Source of the DNA: Octopus vulgaris
Lineage: Eukaryota
Assembly: GCA_951406725.2 (NCBI GenBank)
Contig: OX597815.1
Span: 26,970,001 to 27,034,000, forward strand
Length of the DNA: 64,000 nucleotides
Direction: 5' to 3'
The notes under the pieces were generated by a model, which worked only from the letters and a program-made list of their open reading frames with translations, was not told the origin of the DNA and made no database searches. Positions 12,985 to 26,241 of this stretch are shown here, piece after piece (the stretch's first letter is position 1; each line of letters begins with the position of its first letter). The position numbers and the translations under genes are program-made.

Positions 12985-13580
12985 GATACGTTCACAGTGT
13001 AGTGTTGGTAGATTGCATATTTCAAGAAAATCAGATTAGAAGAGAGCTACTCAATATAACAGAACACATTTCATTCGGAAATTATAGGTATATGAAAAAA
13101 AAAAAAGGAAATGAAGATAATATAGCAAATACATTGGAACAGAAATTAAAGGAAAAGTTACAAAAGTGAAAATAAGAAAATGAAGAGAATTAAAAACTGG
13201 AAAGAAAAATACTATATTGTTAATTGTCAGTCAAGAAGAAGCATAGCTGGAGGAAAACAATAATTTTGACTGAAAGTGCATAGATTAAAGAAAGCAAAAA
13301 CCCTTATTGTGACAGTGCAAAAACAAATGATTAGAATGTATCTTGTTAAAACAAACATGGGCAGAATTCAGTTGGTTATTAAGTGTTTCAAGTACAGAAG
13401 GTGTCAATCATCTTCTAGTTTGTAAATGAATGTAGCAAAATGGGATAAAAAGATTATAAAGGAAGACATGATGAGTTAAAGAAAAACTGCACAAGTTGCT
13501 TAATAGGAAATGGTGGATTAACATCAACCAATAGCTGGCTATTAAAGAAACTGTAAGATCCTAGAAAATCTAATCATATA
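12985..13580 (+). mobile_element. Highly decayed Dong/R4-like LINE remnant
   Basis: Residual RL(H/Y)I..K motif and zinc-knuckle tail ECSKM..K.YKGRHD; many stops. Confidence 0.4.
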
Positions 13581-13609
13581 ATAGGGGGCAGAATCCCGAT
13601 ATCTTTTGT

Positions 13610-14992
13610 CTTTGTTTTAGCCCCTGGACTTTAGTCATGCTGGGTTCCAGTCTTGAAAGGTTTTAATTAGATAAATCAACACCAAGACTTATTTTAAAGT
13701 CTGGTACTTATTTTATTGGTCTCTTTTGTCAAACCACTAAGTTACAGAGGTGTAAGTACCAATGCCATTTGTCAAGTGGTGGAGTAAGTGGGGACAAACA
13801 CAAACCAAACAACACACACACACACACATACAAGGTGTGATGGGTTAATTGTCCCCATTTCGTATTTTTAATTTCCCACATGTGCATTGTTTGTTTTTGA
13901 TTTTGTCAACTACACAGTATGGTAGGGTCAGTTGGGCACCATCTGTGAGAAAAACAGCACCATGACACAATTCATTCTGCCAGAAATTTGGAAACAACAT
14001 GCTGTACTGCTTGGCATTCACACTGGCAGCTCCAATGCGAACATTTCAAAGTGTTTGGGTGTCAATCTGAGGACAGCACAGAAGATGCGGAAAGAATTGG
14101 ATGAGTCTAATGTTGATTACAAAAGTACAGCAGCTCAGAAAACTCACTCTGATCATTTTGATAAGAAATGAACTCCTGAATTTGTTGGTGAGATCCAGGA
14201 CATAATTGACAACAATCCCTCCAAGTCAATCAGGTCCATTGCCAGGGACATGAAAGTGTCTGAGTTTCTCATCAGGCAGGTAGTGCATGAAGACATTCAT
14301 TATTCCTCATACAAAATAAGAAAGGGTCAATTTTTATCCCAAGCCATCAAGGAAAGACTGCCCTGCAAAGCTTTTGAACAAACTCAAGCATCCCCTCCAA
14401 CTGAACATGATTTGGTTTTTCTCAAACGAGAAAAATTTCTGCCAGGATCAGATGGTGAACACACACAACAAGCATCCAGTCAACAGTATGGTGATCATTA
14501 ACGATGGTGATGTTATGCCTCCATTCATCTTCCTACACGGAGGCCTACATCAAGTGCCTGGTGGAGGTAGTGCTGCCATGGGTGAATTGGGTGGCTGCTG
14601 GAAGACCCTATGTTTGGCAAGAGGACTCTACACCATGCCACACAAGCAGAAGAACGCAGTCATGGCTGTCAGACAATTTCTGTGCCCACATCACCCCTAA
14701 CATCTGGTCACCTAACTCCCCGTGGGGTGCAGTTGAACACCAAAGATGAACCGAAGGTAAGTGTTATGGCAGCATTTACCAACTTAAACATGAAGACCAT
14801 CCAGAAGAGTTGCAGGAGATTCCGAAGTTGTCTGGAGGCCATGGTTGAAGCCAAAGATGATTTTATGGGATAAATTTACTCTGTATTTCAAGATATTTTT
14901 ATGTAATTTTGCTTAATATATCTGTTAAAATGAGATGTCAATGTTATTTTCTTTCTTGCATAATTTAGACAACTATTTATTCACCACACTCT

Positions 14993-15043
<51 letters not shown>

Positions 15044-15203
15044 AATGACAAGCTTCTACATAGTTTCTGTCTGCCGAATTCTCTCATAAGGCATTGGTAG
15101 ACCCAGGGCTATAGAAGATACTCACCCAAAATGCTATGCAGTGAGACTGAACCCAAAACCACAAGGTTGCAAAGTAAGCTTCTTACCCACACAGCCATGC
15201 CTG
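13610..15203 (-). mobile_element. Family-B SINE split by the Tc1/mariner insertion in its (CA)n middle
   Basis: SINE 3' half at 13610-13810, 5' half at 15045-15203. Confidence 0.7.
13831..14993 (+). mobile_element. Tc1/mariner DNA transposon (maT/DD37D-like), frameshifted transposase pseudogene
   Basis: TA TSDs (13829-30, 14994-95); degenerate CA.GGTGTG TIRs; motifs WFFSNEKNF, WQEDSTPCHTS, WSPNSP, FRSCLEAMVEAK over ORFs 13932-14873. Confidence 0.85.
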
Positions 15204-16112
15204 TGTTCACATGATTATAATATGATCATGACAGCAAGGAACAGCAATGTATGTCACACCCTTCGAATAAAACAAAGGACTGAAAAGTACCAGGAGCTGA
15301 CCAAAGAACAGGAAATTCATTGATGCTGAATCTGAAAATCTGAATTCTTTAATTTGGTCAGCATGACACATTGCTGCAATATCAATTTCTTACATTAACC
15401 CAAGGTCTCTAATTTTGTCAGGAGTGATATAATCAATTGCATCACCCCAATATCTTATTGGCATTTATTTTATCAAATCCAGAAGGATAAAAGACAAAAT
15501 CAATCTCAGTGGGACATGAACTCAGAATGTACCATATTTCTGTTGAAATATGCTACCTTTGCTTCAACTGATTTTGAAAATGATGACAAATTTAATCTTT
15601 TGCACACTGCAGGTGCATCATGTCATCATATGAGTTCTCTCCCCTGTAGTAACAATACAGTGGCAGGGGAAGCAGCTCTAGAGAAAATGCAGTGTGTTAA
15701 AGGTTAACAAAATAATCAATGTTTAGAACATAATTTAACATGAAATTTTGGATGGTAGATTTAAATTTAGATCAAAAGTATGTTTGTATCGTAGAACTGA
15801 GTGTGGTCTCCAGTAAGCTGGTATCAAAGGGGTAGACTAAATGCCACAAAGCAAATTTTATAATGCTCTACTGGTTCTGCCAATCCATTTTGTTGTAATA
15901 ATGATTCTTTATTTCAGCACAAAGCTGCACATCTTCATACAAAGTTTATCATTTATTGAATCAATGCATATATATATATGTGTGTCAGTATATATTTTAT
16001 AAACAGTGGACAGCTTAAGAAATATTGAAAGTAAAATTGATTCTTATAGGATACGAACACAATATAAAATGGCATTTTATGATGATATTCCAGTTTTTTA
16101 ACATTTGATATA

Positions 16113-16629
16113 CCATAAATCCTCGAGTATAGTCCGCCCTTGAGTATAATACGCAGATGATTTTTAGGGAGCTGTACCTCTGAAAAACCTAAACCTTGTG
16201 TATAATACACACCCCTTCTCTAACTTGAGTCAAGGAGGTCTATATAACATCCTTGGTTTGTAAAACTGTATATGGTAACGTCCTTTATTATTATTGTACA
16301 TAAAACATAATGCAAACATATAACTTTTTTGTGCATTTGCAGAAAATAAAGAAATAACAGTAATAACAGTGATAACGTTTAATGAATGTTGCTTACTGTA
16401 AGTTATGGAAGATTCTTTTATGACTTCATTGCTTTCAGGCTTAGCTTCAGGTATTTTCACGTCCGACATCAGAAAATGCGTCTGAATAAACATTGCTGGA
16501 CAGCAAATAGAGACTCGGACATTGCCTAGAAAATAATTTTCATTTTCAACCTAGTATGTAGTATGCACTAGGGATTTTGACCTTTAAATTTTGGGGGAAA
16601 AAATGCGGATTATACTCGAGGATTTACGG
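16113..16629. mobile_element. pogo/Tc2-type MITE
   Basis: TIRs CCATAAATCCTCGAGTATAGTCCGC / GCGGATTATACTCGAGGATTTACGG (2 mismatches); TA TSD. Confidence 0.85.
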
Positions 16630-16984
16630 TAATGCCACCACTTCTTACTCCACAAAGGTGGAGTAAAGTATTGTCAGTTACAACTACAGTATATACCAAA
16701 AAGTGGTTGGCAAACTGAACAGAGAATGCCTGGAATTCTGGAGTCCCTTTATTCAACATGTTGGTATCATGAAAATACACCTTGTGCACTCTGTTAAGCT
16801 GTTAAGCAGCTGGCAATAGAAAGAGTATTCAGCCATAGGAATGAAAGTAAATATATACAAGCATCAGTCCATGAAAGCAGCAGCAACTCCTAATAAGAGA
16901 TGACTCAGACCCATGCAACTGTGCCAACAATAAAGGTGGACCTGAAAATAATGATGACAATGACAATGACAAGGGTAAGGATAT

Positions 16985-17398
16985 ACTCTTTACTCTTTTA
17001 CTTGTTTCAGTCATTTGACTGCGGCCATGCTGGAGCACCGCCTTTAGTCGAGTAAATCGACCCCAGGACTTATTCTTTGTAAGCCTAGTACTTATTCTGT
17101 TGGTCTCTTTTGCCGAACCGCTAAGTTACAGGGACGTAAACACATCAGCATCGGTTGTCAAGCAATGTTAGGGGAGACAAACACAGACACACAAACACAC
17201 ACACACACAAATATATAAATATATATATATATATACAACGGGCTTCTTTCAGTTTCCGTCTACTAAATCCACTCACAAGGCTTTAGTCGGCCCGAGGCTA
17301 TAGTAGAAGACATTTGCCCAAGGTGCCACGCAGTGGGACTGAACCCGGAATCATGTGGTTGGTAAGCCAGCTACTTACCACACAGCCACTCCTGCACC
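16985..17398 (-). mobile_element. Full-length family-B CORE SINE
   Basis: Reverse complement of 63183-63588. Confidence 0.9.
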
Positions 17399-17802
17399 TA
17401 TATGATAACAAAAAATGGTTGATAGTAACTTCAAAGGTTTGCTAACTGTTGTCTTCATCAGTTATTTTGGAAGCAAAACCTAGAACTGAGGGATATCAAT
17501 GTTAACTTAATAAGGACTAAAGTTCTAGATAAGAAGACAGGATTCTGTTACTATCAAGAAATGTTCATGCTCACTATGCAAGGATGGAACAGGTGTTATA
17601 AGATCACAGGTAAGCTAGCAGAGATTGTAGACTTCATATGCAGCTGATGCATAGAGGCAATAAGCACAAGAATACTACTTCAAGAAGTCATGTTCAGCCA
17701 ATGGTCACCATGGAAAATGCAAGTATAAAAGGCAACAATGACAGTGCTATGGTAGTAGTGGTGGTGGTGATGGTGGCAGCAATGATGATCTCTGTGTATA
17801 CA

Positions 17803-18200
17803 ATCATCATCATCATCATCATCGTTTAACGTCCGTTCTCCATGCTAGCATGGGTTGGATGGTTCGACCGGGATCTGGGAAGCCAGGAGGCTGCACCAGG
17901 CTCCAGTCTGATCTGGCAGTGTTTCTACAGCTGGATGCCCTTCCTAACGCCAACCACTCCATGAGTGTAGTGGGTGCTTTTTACGTGCCACCGGCACAGG
18001 TGTCAGGCAGGGCTCGCAATGGCCACGATCGGATTGATTGGTGCATTTTACGTGCCACCGGCACGGAAGCCAGTCAAGGCGGCACTGGCATCGGCCACGT
18101 TCGGATGGTGCTTTTTACGTGCCACCGGCACAGAGATCACAACTACAATTTCCATTGATTTTTGATGTTGGTGTACTTGACTCAATAGGTCTCCTCAAGA
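17803..18200 (-). mobile_element. RTE 3' UTR fragment
   Basis: (CAT)n tail and conserved 3' end. Confidence 0.85.
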
Positions 18201-18611
18201 ACAGGGTCGAAACGGTGTTTCTTTACTTGCCACCTGCACCGGAGTCAGTCTTCACAGGTCTTCACATGTGTATATTTATGTTTGTGAAGAACTAAAAACA
18301 CCAGTGTTGTTCATATTGTATCTTTTTACGTCCAATGATTCAGTGTTTTTGACAAAATATGATATGACCAATAAAGATATGCACCAAACTGAAATAAGAA
18401 CAGCAACAGATACAAACTAAAAGCCTTGAGTATGGTTCCCCATCATGGACACAGTCTAACAAGTGAAACCAATTAAGGAATCAAAGAATGGAAGAATATT
18501 TGAAAAGAATCACTGATAAAGAATTGGCAAACCATAAACGTCAAACCACTCCTAAATCTTGACTGTTACATCATCTGTTCTTTTAGCTGGAATGGGGAAA
18601 AATTTTGCTGT

Positions 18612-20141
<1,530 letters not shown>

Positions 20142-20142
20142 G

Positions 20143-21572
20143 TGATCTAATTAGCAGTGTACTGAAAGTGTAATTGCTAGAATAAGAATAGGATGGAGAA
20201 AGTTCAAAGAACTTTTACTTCTGTTGGCAATCGAAAATTTCAATACTACAAAGCTATGTGGTGGTAAGACATGGGCTCTGAATGCAGAGAACATGTAAAG
20301 ACTTGAGAAGACTGAAACTAGTATGCCCCACTGGATGTGCAATGTCAGTGAGCATTCATAATAGAGTGCTAATGTATTCAGAAGAAAGTTTGACATAAGA
20401 GGAATTAGAAGTAGTGTTTATGAGAGAAGACTGCATTGGTTTGGCCATGTGACGCATATGGATGAGGACAGTTGCATAAGCTGATAACTTAAAGTGGATG
20501 GAACTTGTGGAAGAGGGAAACCCAAGAAGACATGGAATGAAGTCTTGAAGGCTGATCTTGAGATGCTGAGCCTTACAAAGGAGATGCCAAGGGACTGGAA
20601 TACCTGGCACCTTGCTGCACTCAAGAAGACCTGCCTACCATAGCAGAAGTGATATCTTAAAACCACCTTGGTAATGCTTGTCCATTAGGGGCTCTGCTCC
20701 ACCCTCATTTCCATCCTCTCTGCCCTGTCAACCTCCCTCCACACACACACATTTCGTCCTCTAACACCCATCAATTCTCTAACACCTGAGTGCAGAACAG
20801 GCACATACTACATCCTTTGATTTTCTCAGTTACCTTTCTTCCCCATCCCAATATCAACTCCCACCAACTGTCTCTACCAGTCACCTCCTTTTGTCACCTT
20901 CTCCCCTTTTTGCTGTTCTCCTTCCTTAATACCTTGCTTATCAGCCTCAATACCCTCACATATCTACTGGAACCGCTACCCACCACTACCAAGCCTCTCC
21001 CAGGTTTCTCTCCATCATATGCTACAGTCACCCAATCCAAACCTTTGTATCACTTCAACTATTCTCACCATCCTTGATGTCCCTCAAGAGCATGTCCCAA
21101 CACATCTTTGCCATAATCCCTCTGACTATTGCTCTCCATATCTTACTCTCTAGGTTGCTCTCCTTTCTTTTTCAACTGGGATATCCATGTATCTACTTTA
21201 CAGCAAGACACCTGTCTCTGTCCCTATACCTTTAATCTCTCAACTGGCACAAACCCCTCTCTACCCTCAATGCTACTCACCTCTCCTAATTGAAGGGTTT
21301 TGCCTTTTCAATATATCTTGCAAGGTACTTGGTGACCCTGTCATTGATGGTACCTTGTAAAAAGTACAGGGGCTGGTGTCTCATCAAAAGCATCCAGTAC
21401 ACTTTATAAAGTGGTTGGCATTAGAAAGGACATCCAGCTGTAGAAACCATGCCACAACAGACAATGGAACCTCATATGGTTCCTGGCCTTGCTAGCACCA
21501 ATCAAACTGTCCAAGCCATGCCAACATAGAAAAACAGAAATTAAATGATAACGATAATGATGATGATAATGA
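20143..21572 (+). mobile_element. Decayed RTE LINE 3' part (ORF end, 3' UTR, (GAT)n tail)
   Basis: ESVIARIRIGWRKFKELL, RRLHWFGHVTHMDEDSCI, GRGKPKKTWNEV; tail at ~21545-21572. Confidence 0.75.
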
Positions 21573-21579
21573 TATACAT

Positions 21580-22038
21580 TCTTTTATTCTTTTACTTGTT
21601 TCAGTCAGCTGACTGTGGCCATGCTGGTGCGCCCACCTTGAGGGGTTTTTGTTTTTGGTAAATCAAATCAACCCCAGGACTTATTTTTTAAGTCTAGTAC
21701 TTATTCTATTGGTCTCCGCTAAGTTACAGGGACGTAAACACACCAGTACCAGTTGTCAAGAGGTGATGGAAGGGACAAACCCAGGTACAAAAACATACAC
21801 AGATATATACATATTTGCATGTATCACGTCCTCACGTAGTTGCATTTTCTTCGTTTTATTGGATTAACTATATATATATATATGATGGGCTTCTTTCAGT
21901 TTCATCTACCATATTCACTCAAAAGGCTTTGATAGGCCTGAGGCTATAAGTAGATGTTTGTCCAAGGTGCAATACAGTGGAATTGAACCCAGAACCATGT
22001 GGTTGGGTAGCAAGCTTCTTTCCACACAGCCATGCCTG
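21580..22038 (-). mobile_element. Family-B CORE SINE (diverged)
   Basis: Homology to 16985-17398. Confidence 0.8.
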
Positions 22039-22053
22039 TACTTATACATACAA

Positions 22054-22087
<34 letters not shown>

Positions 22088-22090
<3 letters not shown>

Positions 22091-22226
22091 GCGTTAGGAA
22101 GGGCATCCAGCTGTAGAAACATTGCCAGATAAGACCGGAGCCTGGTGTAGCCTTCTGGCTTCCCAGATCCCCGGTCGAACCGTCCAACCCATGCTAGCAT
22201 GGAGAACGGACGTTAAACGATGATGA
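22088..22226 (+). mobile_element. Short RTE 3'-end insertion
   Basis: TTGGCGTTAGGAAGGGC...GTTAAACGATGATGAT. Confidence 0.85.
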
Positions 22227-22248
22227 TATATATATATATATATGATGA

Positions 22249-22281
<33 letters not shown>

Positions 22282-22284
<3 letters not shown>

Positions 22285-24989
22285 TCATCATCATCATCAT
22301 CATTTAGCGTCCGTTTTCCATGCTAGCATGGGTTGGACGGTTTAACTGGGGTCTGTGAAACCGGAAGGCTTCATCAGGCCCAGTCAGATTTGGCAGTGTT
22401 TCTACGGCTGGATGCCCTTCCTAACGCCAACCACTCCGTGAGTGTAGTGGGTGCTTTTTACGTGCCACCTGCACAGGTGCCAGACAGAGCTGGCAAACGG
22501 CCATGAACGGATGGTGTTTTACATGTCACAGGCACGGGGGCCAGGCGAGGCTGGCAACGGACACGAACGGATGGTGCTTTTACATGCTACCGGCACAGGG
22601 CCAGGCGAGGCTGGCAACGGACACGAGCGAATGGTGCTTTTACGTGCCAACAGCACGGGGGCCAGGCGAGGCTGGCAACGGACACGAACGGATGGTGTTT
22701 TTACGTGCTACCATCACAAGGGCCAGGCGAGGCTGGCAACGGACATGAGCGGATGGTGCGAGGCTGGCAACGGACACGAACAGATGGTGTTTTTACGTGC
22801 TACCATCACAAGGCCAGGCGAGGCTGGCAACGGAGACGAGCGGATGGTGCTTTTATGTGCCAACGGCATGGGGGCCAGGCGAGGCTGGCAACGGACAAAC
22901 GATCGGATGGTTCGCTTAACCAAAGCTGCAATTTCCACTGATGTTGATTTGGTTTGATTTGACTGTTCTCACTGGTCTTGCCGGGTCTTCTCACGCACAG
23001 CATACTTCCATAGGTCTCGGTCTCTAGTCATTTCCTTGGTGAGACCTAAAGTTCGAAGGTCGTGCTTCACTACCTCGTCCCAGGTTTTCCTGGGTCTACC
23101 TCTTCCACAGGTTCCCTCAACTGCTAGAGTGTAGCACTTTTGCACACAACTATCTTCACCCATTCTCGTCACATGCCCATACCAGCGCAGACGTCTCTCT
23201 TGCACACCACAACTGATGCTTCTTAGGTTCAACTTTTCTCTCAAGGTACTTACACTCTGTCGATTTTGAACACTGACATTACACATCCATCAAGCATACT
23301 GGCTTCATTTCTTGCAAGCTTATGCATATCCTCAGCAGTCACAGCCCATGTTTCACTACCATGTAGCATGGCTGTACGTACACATGCATCATACAGTCTG
23401 CCTTTTACTCTGAGCGAGAGGCCTTTTGTCACCAGCAGGGGTAAGAGCTCTTTAAACTTTGCCCAGGCTATTCTTACTCTAGCAGTTACACTTTCAGCAC
23501 ACCCACCCCCGCTACTGACTTGGTCACCTAGGTAGTGGAAGCTATCAACTAATTCTAGTTTTTCTCCCTGGAACATGGTAGACGTTGGTCTCTGCACATT
23601 TTCAGTGTTTATTGCTCCTGAGCATCTGCCACAGACAAAAACTATTTTCCTAGTTAGCCTTCCTTTGACATTGCTACACCTCTTATGTGTCCATAGCTTG
23701 TACTTGGTGCACCTTATAGAGTTTCTACCTACACCTTTTTTACAGATCGAGCAGGGCCATCTACCTGAAGGCGTTTGTGACTTGTCTACTTTCCTACTTA
23801 CTAGGACTTTGGTTTTGGCTAGATTGATTCTGAGGCCCTTCGATTCTAGACCTTGCTTCCACACCTGAAACTTCTCCAGTTCTGATAGTGACTCAGCAAT
23901 TAGAGCAAGGTCATCAGCATAGAGGAGCTCCCAGGGGCATCCTGTCTTGAATTCCTCCGTTATTGCCTGGAGGACTATGATAAATAGGAGGGGACTGAGG
24001 ACTGAACCTTGGTGGACCCCGACCTCTACCCGGAATTCTTCACTGTACTCGTTGCCAACCCTCACCTTACTAGCAGCGTCTCTGTACATGGCTCGCACAG
24101 CTCTAACTAACCATTCATCTATCCCAAGTTTCCTCATTAACCACCAGATAAGGGATCGGGGAACCCTGTCGAAGGCTTTCTCCATGTCAACAAAAGCCAG
24201 GTACAGGGGCTTATCTTTGGCTAGGTATTTCTCCTGCAGCTGTCTTACCAGGAATATAGCATCAGTAGTACTTCTCCCTGGCACGAACCCAAACTGCATC
24301 TCATCTAAGCTAATTCTCTCTCTAATTAGTTGGGCTATAACCCTCTCCGTAACCTTCATTACCTGATCCAGCAGCTTGATACCCCTGTAGTTATTTGTAT
24401 CTAGGGCGTCACCTTTACCTTTGTAGCAGCTGACTATTATGCTGCTACACCAGTCATTGGGTATGACTCCTTCGTGTATCACCTGGTTAACTATACGGGT
24501 GAGTAGGCTATAGCCGACACTACCAGATATTTTGAGCATCTCTGCAGTAATACCTGATGGGCCTGGGGTTTTCCCTGTTTTCATGCCTGTAATTGCCTTA
24601 ACTACTAAGGAACTGTCAACTCGGATTGCTGGTCCCTCTGTTGGGTCAACATTCGGCAGACTCTCTTTATCCCATTCATTTTCCTCATTCAGCAACCTTT
24701 CATAGTGGCATCTCCAAACCTCTCTCTTTGCATCCTCATTTAGCGCAAGTGAACCGTGATCCTTGCGAACACATTTCTCTCCTACCACGTCACGATTCTC
24801 TCTCACACACTGTCTTGCAACACGAAATACCTCAAGTCTTTCATCCTCCCGGCGCAGGACATTGGCAAATTTTTTCTTATCTGCTTCCCCTCTGGCTAAA
24901 TACACCTGCCTCCTAGCTTCCCTTCTGGCAGTCTAATACACTTCCCTGCTACCACCATTCTTCCAGTCCTTCCAAGCCTGTTTCTTTTG

Positions 24990-24991
<2 letters not shown>
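22282..24991 (-). mobile_element. 5'-truncated RTE-clade LINE inserted in (TA)n
   Basis: RT ORF, 3' UTR with ~60-bp tandem repeats, (GAT)n tail; (TA)n on both sides. Confidence 0.95.
22969..24991 (-). pseudogene. RTE reverse transcriptase with embedded PHD-type finger; 5'-truncated, one frameshift near 23286
   Basis: NYRGIKLL, QFGFVPGRST, FVDMEKAFDRV, GVHQGSVLSPLLF, LYADD, FHYLG, LHGSETW, RRLRWYGH, GRGRPRKTW. Confidence 0.95.
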
Positions 24992-25028
<37 letters not shown>

Positions 25029-25260
25029 AAGGTTTATTGATGCAAACAGGAAAAATAGAACTCCAAATATGAGTATATGTATATTTTTATTGATAGAAGT
25101 AACAGAGTGACTCAAAGTCTGACAGTTTTGTGCATTGGTACTTATCAACACATGAATCTCTCAGACCTTGAGTCAGTCTGTTACTTCTGCTAACCATATG
25201 TGGACTGTTGGCGATTTTTTGCCTTCGTCTTCCTTTTCTCTTGGACTTTCCCCTATCTCC

Positions 25261-25297
25261 TGTTTCTGAAGAAGAGCTTTGCTCGAAATGTAAAACA
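25261..25297 (+). ncRNA. Minimal type I hammerhead ribozyme (PLE pLTR-like orphan)
   Basis: TGTTT-CTGAAGA-A-GAGC ttt GCTC-GAAA-TG-TA-AAACA. Confidence 0.65.
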
Positions 25298-25519
25298 CCC
25301 TTTCTTTCCTTCTCTGAGTGTTTTATTAATACTTGGCATGTACCACGTCCTCACCTTGTTGTTTTTTCTTGTTGTCCTTTTTTTTCTCCATTTTTTTTTT
25401 TATTAATTACATATATATATATATATACAGACAGACAGACAAACTGACAAACAGACAGGCAGACAGACAAACAGACAGGCCGACAGACAGACACATAGAT
25501 AGATAGGTAGATAGATAGG

Positions 25520-25620
<101 letters not shown>

Positions 25621-25974
25621 TTTAAAATAGAATGGGAAAGAAAACTTGTTAATGAGAAAGAAAAAGAGAAACATGAATTTAGAAAAAAAAAGGGAAAAAA
25701 CAGATTTTGGAAGCAAGTAAAATAAAATGAATGAAAGATGAAGAGATAGTGAGAAGGTAGACAGAGGAAACCAAAAATATATTTTATGAATGAATGTAAA
25801 AGAAACAGAGAGCAAGAAAATAGAAACAACCTAGAAAGAAGGTTTTTATAAAAACAACAATATATATATATATAAATATATATATATATATTTGTGTGTG
25901 TGTGTGTGTGAGTGCACGCATGCATGTATAAATGTATGTATGTATATGTATGTTCATATATTTATATATATATG

Positions 25975-26023
<49 letters not shown>

Positions 26024-26160
26024 ATATATAAAATGAGATAGGGGTTGATATATATACATTATATATATATATATATATACATTATATATACGTTATATAT
26101 ATACATATATATACACACACACATATATATATATATATACACATATATATATATACATAC

Positions 26161-26209
<49 letters not shown>

Positions 26210-26210
26210 C

Positions 26211-26241
<31 letters not shown>

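Noticed and set aside
22440-22912. Regularly spaced repeats resembling a CRISPR array
   Set aside because: Eukaryotic LINE 3' UTR tandem repeat with no unique spacers and no cas genes
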